IMG/VR virus record: IMGVR_UViG_3300049827_000124
DNA: 21,491 nucleotides
Source of the DNA: an uncultured virus (IMG/VR IMGVR_UViG_3300049827_000124)
Taxonomy: Duplodnaviria; Heunggongvirae; Uroviricota; Caudoviricetes
Direction: 5' to 3' (one strand)
Within the stretch, counting starts at the first letter, position 1; the number at the start of each line of letters is the position of its first letter. Below are positions 7,974-14,412 of the stretch, piece by piece. The notes beneath the pieces are model-generated. The model had not been told where the DNA came from, ran no database searches, and saw only the letters and a list, made by a program, of their open reading frames with translations. Position numbers and translations under genes: made by a program.

Positions 7974-8132
7974 TTGTATTAATGCATCATAACTTACTTC
8001 ACAAGGGTAAGCAATTATGATAATACTGATAACCACTCTTGAGACTAGAGATAAAATAGCTTAGACTAAGGGTTATATACACTTTCAATGTAGTGTAGTG
8101 GTATTATCATAATTGAATGCAGAGTGGTACAA
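7974..8132 (+). ncRNA. Twister self-cleaving ribozyme (type P1) with an extended P5
   Basis: P1 TTGTAT 7974-7979/GTACAA 8127-8132. U|AA cleavage site 7980-7982. P2 TGCA 7983-7986/8118-8121. P4 CTTAC/GTAAG with loop TTCACAAGG. T1 CAC 8000-8002/GTG 8124-8126. T2 TC 7987-7988/GG 8005-8006. Conserved GA 8122-8123. P5 is a perfect 15-bp stem, 8012-8026/8101-8115. Confidence 0.8.
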
Positions 8133-8230
8133 CAAAGGACTTTATCTATTGGACTTCATACAATAGAAGCTTTACAGTGAGGCTCAAACTGTTTGCAATA
8201 TAATTCATAAACTAAAATCATATAACGAAC

Positions 8231-8656
8231 ATGAAAGTAGTAATCAATGACTGTTATGGAGGCTTCGGTCTATCTGACGAAGTACTAAAGATGTATTTAG
8301 AAAGAAGTAATACACCTTATACAATCTATTATTCTGGACCCTGTGAACACCTTATAGTAGATGATCAACCTTTTACTGAAGATTCTATTGCAAGACATGA
8401 TCCTATCTTAATAGAAATCTTAGAAGAAGTAGGATGGGTTAAGAAAGGATTTGCAATTGTAGTTATTCCTGACTTTGCTAAGTATTCTATTGGTGAGTAT
8501 GATGGGAAAGAATGGATTGATAATACTTGGATCAACGTAACTGTTGATGAACTACGTGCTGGTCTTTCACAGGAAAAATTAGAACAGGCTAGTCAAGTAA
8601 ACTTTATTAAAGTAAATGTATTTAGTGAAGAGGAATTAGAACTTTACTTTAAATAA
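8231..8656 (+). CDS. Conserved phage protein of unknown function
   Basis: KVVINDCYGGFGLS...RHDP-x-LI...IPD...EYDG-x-EWI, a motif set I recall from many phage proteins. Confidence 0.8.
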   Translation: MKVVINDCYGGFGLSDEVLKMYLERSNTPYTIYYSGPCEHLIVDDQPFTEDSIARHDPILIEILEEVGWVKKGFAIVVIPDFAKYSIGEYDGKEWIDNTWINVTVDELRAGLSQEKLEQASQVNFIKVNVFSEEELELYFK

Positions 8657-8744
8657 CAATAGAAAGGACGTGATATTCGTCGTATTCCTAGGCATGAAGA
8701 CAAACTGCCTTATATTTTGTAATCATTCAACTAAATTAATAATC

Positions 8745-8954
8745 ATGAGAAAACCATTCAAACAACTATTCCGTGGACTAGCAGAATTAGCTGCTGTATT
8801 CACTGCCATTTTTATGGTACCAGCGTTGCTTACTGCTCTTGTCAACTTTGATATTAGCGTGTACTTTCAATGTATACATAATGTTACTTACTGTGTGTTC
8901 TTCACAATAGTAGGTATCATTGTGTCAATAGGTTATACAGCAATGTATCAATGA
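8745..8954 (+). CDS. Small 2-TM membrane protein
   Basis: Start re-called at ATG 8745 (MRKPFKQ...) behind an A-rich leader; ATGA overlap with the next gene. Confidence 0.65.
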   Translation: MRKPFKQLFRGLAELAAVFTAIFMVPALLTALVNFDISVYFQCIHNVTYCVFFTIVGIIVSIGYTAMYQ

Positions 8955-9136
8955 AAAAGCTTAAATATCACCTTCAACTCCATTGGTATTGGGAGGATCG
9001 AGTATTCGTATTCGTTCCAACCATTGCCTTTGGAGAGTGCTTACCCGATTACGACGACTCGTACTGGTTTGCGTTTATGTTTGGACCTATGAGATTAGGT
9101 ATCAAACGAGTTGCTAATAATATAGCACAAGATTAA
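8951..9136 (+). CDS. Hypothetical protein
   Basis: 61 aa, aromatic-rich, translationally coupled to the upstream gene. Confidence 0.65.
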   Translation: MKKLKYHLQLHWYWEDRVFVFVPTIAFGECLPDYDDSYWFAFMFGPMRLGIKRVANNIAQD

Positions 9137-9165
9137 GGATTTAATAAATCAACATATAAAAACAA

Positions 9166-9780
9166 ATGAGTAAAAACACTCTAAATTCTGGTAGTCTTCA
9201 GGGATTGAAGGCTGGCCAAACCTTGTTACACCGTGCTAGGAAAGTGAACGGTGGAAAAATTGAACTTGAGTATGCTGAGGTTTTAGAAAAAGAGCCTAAA
9301 CCAGTATCTCTAGTTGCGTTATTCAATGCTAGTGACTCTAGATTCTCTCAAGGAGGAACTAAAGCTCAACGTGCTTGGGCTTATGTATCACCTGTGGATG
9401 CAGGTAGATTGTTAGGTATTGATTTATCTGATAATGCTGAGTGGTACACAGATCAACAAGGTCGTCAGCTTTTAGACTTGAATATCCTAAACCCAGTAGT
9501 AATGCTAGGTTCTGAATCTCATTCTCTTAAAGTTCAAATCGTTGAGACTGTTGTTCCAACTGATTATCAAGAGGATAACATCGAGTCTACAGCTAAACGT
9601 AAGGGAGCTGATGGAGATTTCTGTACTCATAAGGGTATGTACATCTTCTCAAATTCAAGTGTTGTATTGAATACAGCTAACCACATCTTCTTAGAGATGG
9701 ATAAGACAACGAAGTCTGCAAAGTCTTCGAATGGTATCTATGCTAATGTAGATGCAGCAACAGGAGAGATTTTCAACTAA
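9166..9780 (+). CDS. Hypothetical protein
   Basis: 204 aa, A-rich leader, ends DAATGEIFN; followed by a strong hairpin. Confidence 0.85.
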   Translation: MSKNTLNSGSLQGLKAGQTLLHRARKVNGGKIELEYAEVLEKEPKPVSLVALFNASDSRFSQGGTKAQRAWAYVSPVDAGRLLGIDLSDNAEWYTDQQGRQLLDLNILNPVVMLGSESHSLKVQIVETVVPTDYQEDNIESTAKRKGADGDFCTHKGMYIFSNSSVVLNTANHIFLEMDKTTKSAKSSNGIYANVDAATGEIFN

Positions 9781-9797
9781 ATCTCAAATGTCTAACA

Positions 9798-9827
9798 AAT
9801 GTCTAGGGGATTCGTCCCTTAGACATT
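9798..9827 (+). terminator. Strong UUCG hairpin (terminator or 3' stabiliser)
   Basis: 13-bp stem AATGTCTAGGGGA-TTCG-TCCCTTAGACATT; lacks a long U tract. Confidence 0.6.
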
Positions 9828-9828
9828 A

Positions 9829-10255
9829 TACTTCTGTGCAGAGCAGACCAAGGGTTGTAACCTTGCAGAAGTACTATAGGTTATCAGGTTCCTTTAATAT
9901 CTGATGAGTACTTGCCTCTTGTAAGTCTTACCCCGAACTGCCAACATCATAGGGAATTAGTAAGTAAGAAATGGTTTCTGTTGAGCCACAGATACAGCTC
10001 AACTTTGTCTATAAGACAGATCGGTAGACAAATGCAACGTAAGTTGCGGCCTATTTATGGAGGGGAATCTGGTAATCACTGTCATGATTACAAATCGGAT
10101 TGCTCTATGAAGTAATAGGTAATGTGTAGTATTTTTAATATTACATATTAGTACCAATTGTATCTCTACCAACATGTAGTAAAACTGTTTACAAGCAATG
10201 ATATGAGAGTTTTCTGATAATTTCTCTCGTATTGTTGCTTGTTTTTTACAGTTTT
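9829..10255 (+). ncRNA. Large multi-hairpin candidate non-coding RNA
   Basis: Nearly contiguous stems: 9881-9907, 9910-9926, 9927-9964, 9980-10003, 10004-10032, 10034-10047 (GTAA tetraloop), 10049-10120, 10121-10149, 10181-10255. Several contain G-U pairs that favour the plus strand. Confidence 0.65.
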
Positions 10256-10330
10256 CGGACAAAAAAAGAAAAAAGAGATGACTTCCGAAAGAGGCAAATC
10301 ACGAACTATATTTATAAAAACCAAATAATC

Positions 10331-10495
10331 ATGAAAAAATCAAATGCTTATCTTATTCTTTACTTTGCAATCATCATTGCAATAGCTTGTATGACATCTT
10401 GTAGTAGCTCTCAACATGGTTACGATTACAAGTCTCATGCTAAGCATCGTAATACAGGACCTAGTAAATGCTATAAAAAGCATAACAATTGGTAA
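10331..10495 (+). CDS. Small lipoprotein
   Basis: Start re-called at ATG 10331: MKKSNAYLILYFAIIIAIACMTS|CSSS, a basic N-terminus, hydrophobic core and lipobox. Confidence 0.75.
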   Translation: MKKSNAYLILYFAIIIAIACMTSCSSSQHGYDYKSHAKHRNTGPSKCYKKHNNW

Positions 10496-10667
10496 TAGCT
10501 CCGTTGGCCAGGAGATCGTAAAACACAGTAACTCCTCTTGAATCGTACCAGCTATACTATCATGGTATAGACGAACTTAATGAAACTGTTCTCATCGTAT
10601 AGGAGATAGGGTATTAGTTAGCCTTTTCAAACACCCGACGTCGTATCCAAACTTTAAAAGGCAACAT

Positions 10668-10737
10668 AGTCAGGTAGTTTAATTGTTAAAACGTTCTCAT
10701 AGTGAGAAGATTACAGGCTCGTTACCTGTCCTGACTA
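10668..10737 (+). tRNA. Degenerate tRNA-like element (no canonical anticodon loop)
   Basis: Acceptor AGTCAGG/CCTGACT, D arm GTTT...AAAC, TTCTC-ATAGT-GAGAA arm with a 5-nt loop, T arm ACAGG-CTCGTTA-CCTGT. Confidence 0.65.
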
Positions 10738-10806
10738 CAACCAGCTAGGACATGCTGTTGTTTTATTCATAAGTATACGGTACCCCCGAAGTCCAAGGGG
10801 GTATAC

Positions 10807-10923
10807 AGAAGAGTAGTGTATTGGTACATCGGATGGTTATAGCACCGATAGCAAAAAAGCATCTGAACAAGATGTGGTCACTGTAATGGCAGCTACATAA
10901 GGGTTCGACTCCCTTCTCTTCTT
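10807..10923 (+). tRNA. tRNA-like element with an expanded central insert
   Basis: Acceptor AGAAGAG/CTCTTCT, D arm GTGT-ATTGGT-ACAT, canonical T arm AAGGG-TTCGACT-CCCTT. About 70 structured nt replace the anticodon and variable arms. Confidence 0.65.
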
Positions 10924-10956
10924 CTAATTTTAAATAATAATTAACCCTTAAATTTT

Positions 10957-11181
10957 ATGGCTAAAAAGAAAGAACAGAAGATTGTAAAAGAAAAAACTTA
11001 CAGTATCAAACACATTACCTATGAAGATGGTAGTTCACATTTGATACGAGAGAATAATGGCTTTAATCCATTTGAACTATTAGGGTATTTAGAACATGCC
11101 CAATTAGAAATCATGCAGGAAATAGCAGGTGTGCTTAAGCCTGATGTTGTAGAGAGAAAATTTGTTAAAACTAAAAACTAA
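10957..11181 (+). CDS. Hypothetical protein
   Basis: 74 aa with an R-x-N-x-GF-x-x-FELLG motif and an A/T-rich leader. Confidence 0.75.
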   Translation: MAKKKEQKIVKEKTYSIKHITYEDGSSHLIRENNGFNPFELLGYLEHAQLEIMQEIAGVLKPDVVERKFVKTKN

Positions 11182-11186
11182 AAATT

Positions 11187-11360
11187 ATGAAAAGATTTCT
11201 TAAAAGAATATTTTTTGGTAAGCCACTTTTGATGAGTGTATTTCAAGATAAGTATGGTCGCAAGTATGGCGGTACAATACATAAGGAAGGTCAAGATGTG
11301 GTAGATATTACCTCACATATTGAAGAACCCATTTGGTTAGGCAAGATTGAAATTTATTAA
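11187..11360 (+). CDS. Hypothetical protein (57 aa, not in ORF track)
   Basis: MKRFLKRIFFGKPLLMSVFQDKYGRKYGGTIHKEGQDVVDITSHIEEPIWLGKIEIY; preceded by an AAACTAAAAA leader. Confidence 0.65.
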   Translation: MKRFLKRIFFGKPLLMSVFQDKYGRKYGGTIHKEGQDVVDITSHIEEPIWLGKIEIY

Positions 11361-11371
11361 AACTAAAAAAT

Positions 11372-11812
11372 ATGGAAAGGAAACAAGGTTGTATAGATTG
11401 GTTGGTTGAAGAAATCAACAAACAAAAGGCTTGGGCTGACCCTTCAAAGTTAGAACCGATTATTGAACAAGCCAAAGCAATGCACAAGGAGGAGATTCAA
11501 TATGCCTATTGGGAGGGAGGAATGGATAAACCAAAAGGGAGTAAAGAATGTGAACACTACTACAACGAAACTTACGGAGAAACTAAAAACTCAATAACTA
11601 TGGAAAAGAAACAAACTGCGGTTGATACTTATTTTGGTCGTTACAAATGGTATAGAAAATTAGTTGGTAGTTTTTGGTACAAGCACCAATTTACAAAAGA
11701 TGCAAACGAACTAACCTTTACAGCAGGTGGGACTTGGTGGGCAAGATATAATCAATGCAATAGATATTCAGAAGTAATTGAAATAGAAACTTATGGAGGT
11801 AACAATGAGTAA
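11372..11812 (+). CDS. Cassette-array genes 1+2 (in-frame fusion; second start at 11600)
   Basis: Unit 1 is MERKQGCIDWL...QAKAMHKEEI...YYNETYG; unit 2 is MEKKQTAV...ETYGGNNE. Confidence 0.75.
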   Translation: MERKQGCIDWLVEEINKQKAWADPSKLEPIIEQAKAMHKEEIQYAYWEGGMDKPKGSKECEHYYNETYGETKNSITMEKKQTAVDTYFGRYKWYRKLVGSFWYKHQFTKDANELTFTAGGTWWARYNQCNRYSEVIEIETYGGNNE

Positions 11813-12017
11813 ACAAACTGCGGTTGAATTATTAGAGCAACAATTAAAGGAGAGGTACTCTCTTATGAACTCTGAACCACTATTTGACCAAGCCAAGCAA
11901 ATGGAGAAGGAGCAGATAATTGATGCTCATATTCACGCTCAATTCAAAGTTTTAGAAGCAAAAAGAGAATTTGCACAAAAGTACTTTAATGATTTTTACG
12001 GAGGTAACAATGAGTAA
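11805..12017 (+). CDS. Cassette-array gene 3 (KQTAV family)
   Basis: MSKQTAV...QAKQMEKEQI...FYGGNNE; start re-called at the ATG after GGAGGT. Confidence 0.8.
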   Translation: MSKQTAVELLEQQLKERYSLMNSEPLFDQAKQMEKEQIIDAHIHAQFKVLEAKREFAQKYFNDFYGGNNE

Positions 12018-12288
12018 ACAAACTGCGGTTGACTTGTTAGTAAGCATACTAAATAAGGAAGGTTTTGCTCCCGTATTAACTGATGAAGAGATACAACACT
12101 TTAAGCAAATGGAGAAGGAGCAGATTGTAAATGCTTATTGGGATGGTGGACAAGATGTTCCAATGCACATAAGCACTTGTGAAAAATACTACAATGAAAC
12201 ATTTGGAGTGGAAACGGGTGTAATTGTATTTGATAACATACATTTGACTAACACAAATAAAATTAATAATGGAGGTAACAATGAATAA
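12010..12288 (+). CDS. Cassette-array gene 4 (KQTAV family)
   Basis: MSKQTAV...KQMEKEQIVNAYWDGG...YYNETFG...GGNNE. Confidence 0.8.
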   Translation: MSKQTAVDLLVSILNKEGFAPVLTDEEIQHFKQMEKEQIVNAYWDGGQDVPMHISTCEKYYNETFGVETGVIVFDNIHLTNTNKINNGGNNE

Positions 12289-12565
12289 TCTAGAAATAAC
12301 AAAGGTCTCTGAATTAGAAGCAAACACTACAAGAGTATGTGAAATCAAATTTAATTGTCTAGTCACAATGCATGATGTTGCTTACAAAAAGTATAAAGGT
12401 GTATGGGGTCAAGAAAAACAATCAAAGATAGCACAATGGTTTAAAGCAAACCAAACAATAACATTAGAAGGTGTTAAAGATGCTGACCCATATGAACTTG
12501 GAATGAGGATTAAACAAGTGTTTAATCAAATGGAAGACACAATTAACAAGTATGAAAATGAGTAA
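12281..12565 (+). CDS. Cassette-array gene 5 (unrelated body)
   Basis: Starts in the junction GGAGGTAACAATGAATAA and ends in the AATGAGTAA junction; the body is not similar to the KQTAV family. Confidence 0.75.
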   Translation: MNNLEITKVSELEANTTRVCEIKFNCLVTMHDVAYKKYKGVWGQEKQSKIAQWFKANQTITLEGVKDADPYELGMRIKQVFNQMEDTINKYENE

Positions 12566-12821
12566 ACAAACAGCGGTTATGTATTTTATTAATGAGTTGA
12601 AAAAATCAAAAGATTTTCAAAGAGTCATTAATGAAGTTAATCTAAGTAGTACATCGGTTAGAGATATAGTTCAAGAAACTTTACAATTGGAACGTGAGCA
12701 GATTGTACTGTCTTATACTGCAAATAGCGTAATAAGAATAAGAACTAAAGCTGAACAATACTACAACGAAACTTACGGAGAAAAGTTCGGGGAAAAGTTC
12801 GGAGGTCAAGATGAAAACTAA
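12558..12821 (+). CDS. Cassette-array gene 6 (KQTAV family)
   Basis: MSKQTAV...LQLEREQI...AEQYYNETYGEKFGEKFGG; 12-bp tandem duplication near the 3' end. Confidence 0.8.
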   Translation: MSKQTAVMYFINELKKSKDFQRVINEVNLSSTSVRDIVQETLQLEREQIVLSYTANSVIRIRTKAEQYYNETYGEKFGEKFGGQDEN

Positions 12822-12827
12822 TCAGCT

Positions 12828-13034
12828 ATGGGTTATATGAAGTGGGTAAAAGGCCTGATGGATACAGGTCGGCACACAATTCTTCGTGAGAAATACGACG
12901 AAGCAATTAAGTGTGAGTTTAAACGAATAGAATTTGACAATTCTAATCTTGATGTTAAATTTGTAGGTCACGTTCTTGATTTTATTGACAAGAATGATGA
13001 TGCTCATACAGCAACAAGACATGAAAAACTCTGA
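12828..13034 (+). CDS. Hypothetical protein
   Basis: 68 aa ORF overlapping the polymerase start. Confidence 0.65.
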   Translation: MGYMKWVKGLMDTGRHTILREKYDEAIKCEFKRIEFDNSNLDVKFVGHVLDFIDKNDDAHTATRHEKL

Positions 13035-14412
13035 TTCTATCTATGTAGTTAATGGTAAAGATAATCTCTTTGAATACCCATTGAACTCGTGTACAATGCA
13101 AGAATGTGTAGACTACTTACGATCAATTGATTTGATTGGGGTAGATACCGAGACCGAAGGTTTCGACTTCACAGGCAAACGATTGTTAATGATTCAATGT
13201 GGTGACAAAGGGAAACAGTTTATCATTGATTACAGAGTAACTAGTAAGCAAGAGATAGCATTGTTGAAATCTGTTTTAGAAGATGATTCTAAAATTAAGA
13301 TACTTCATAATGCTAAGTTTGATTACAAGTTCCTCAAGTTCTATTGTAATATCAGCCTCAATAATGTGTACGACACATTCTTGGTGGAGAAGATATTACA
13401 CTGTGGTAAAGACGATTATGGTTTTGCTCTTGGCAAGCTTACTCAAAGGTATTTAAACGTCACTCTCAATAAAGAAGTACGTAACAGATTCGTAGACCTT
13501 GGTAGTAATCCATTCACTGTTGATCAAATGGTGTATGGTGCTAAAGATGTAGAATATCTAATCGATATCTATCACAAACAACAGCCTGATATTGAGCTTA
13601 AGAGACTACGAAGTGTAGTTAGGCTTGAGAACGAAGCTGTTGTAGTTTTCTCTGAGATTGAGTATGAGGGATTAATCCTTGATACTGAAGCTTGGCAAAA
13701 ACTTGCTGTCAGAAACAAAGCCATGTCTATTCAGCTTGAGAAAGAGCTGGACAAGTCATTGGTTGCTGATGAAAGGTTTACGAAATACAAGGCACAAAAG
13801 CAGTTGGATATGTTTACTGCTGTAGAGGATTTGAAAGAGTCTACAGTTAAGTGGTCGTCCCCAACTCAAGTGTTAAAGATTTTCAGAACGTTAGTACCTG
13901 AGCTTGAGAATGCTAACGGTAAGAAGCTTGCACCTTATAGGTTTAAGCATACTCTTATCGATGAGTATATCAAGTACAAGGAGAAGGATAAGTTATCATC
14001 TGCATTTGGAGATAACTTCTACACATTCCTTAGTGCTGACAAGAAAGTTAGAACGAATTTCACACAAATCCTGGACACAGGTCGTGTTAGTAGTTCTGAG
14101 CCCAATATGCAACAAATTCCTGCTACTAACGAGTACAGAAATTGCTTTGTGGCTCCTGAAGGTTATGTGTTTGTATCTAGTGACTACTCATCACAAGAAT
14201 TAAATGTAATAGCATATGGATCTCAAGACCCTGTGTTTCTAAAAGCTCTCGAAAATAATGAAGACTTGCACTCGGTATGTGCAGAGTTAGTATTCGGAGA
14301 AGTATGGAAGAATGCAGCAGAAGAGGATTGTGCCTATTACAAAACGAAAGAGAAGTGTGACTGTAAAGCTCACAAGAAATTAAGAACTCAAGTTAAGACA
14401 ATCAATTTCGGT
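13021..14412 (+). CDS. polA: Family A DNA polymerase, exon 1 (3'-5' exonuclease and polymerase N-terminal part)
   Basis: ExoI VDTETEG, ExoII HNAKFD, ExoIII YGAKD, TGRVSS-x-x-PNMQQIP, motif A DYSSQEL, motif B truncated at RTQVKTINFG. Start re-called at ATG 13021. Confidence 0.92.

Larger units (their letters stand above)
11551..12813 (+). repeat. Dispersed direct repeats punctuating the cassette array
   Basis: 33-bp GGAGGTAACAATGAGTAAACAAACTGCGGTTGA is identical at 11795 and 12000, with partial copies at 11609, 12271, 12557 and 12801. 23-bp AAGCAAATGGAGAAGGAGCAGAT at 11895 and 12103. 31/32-bp match at 11551 and 12752. Confidence 0.9.

Noticed and set aside
9901..9940. Hammerhead ribozyme suggested by CTGATGA followed by a hairpin
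   Set aside because: No GAAA follows the putative stem II, and CTGATGA pairs with TTATCAG at 9881-9887.
7839..10262. ORFs 7839-8036(-), 9912-10115(+), 9999-10262(-) and the 5' extension of 10232-10495
   Set aside because: They overlie structured RNA, lack typical leaders, or oppose the local coding strand.
10505..10610. Second twister suggested by TAACTCC and GGAG
   Set aside because: GGAG is not followed by the conserved GA plus T1 strand, and no matching P4 loop is present.
10738..10806. HDV-like (theta) ribozyme downstream of the tRNA-like element
   Set aside because: I could not build the nested double pseudoknot or find the P3/L3 consensus by eye.
11795..12032. CRISPR array suggested by identical 33-bp repeats
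   Set aside because: The repeats are 205 bp apart, lie in coding sequence and span gene junctions; there are no cas genes.
11372..12821. Diversity-generating retroelement TR/VR pair
   Set aside because: No reverse transcriptase in the window, and differences between units are not confined to adenine positions.
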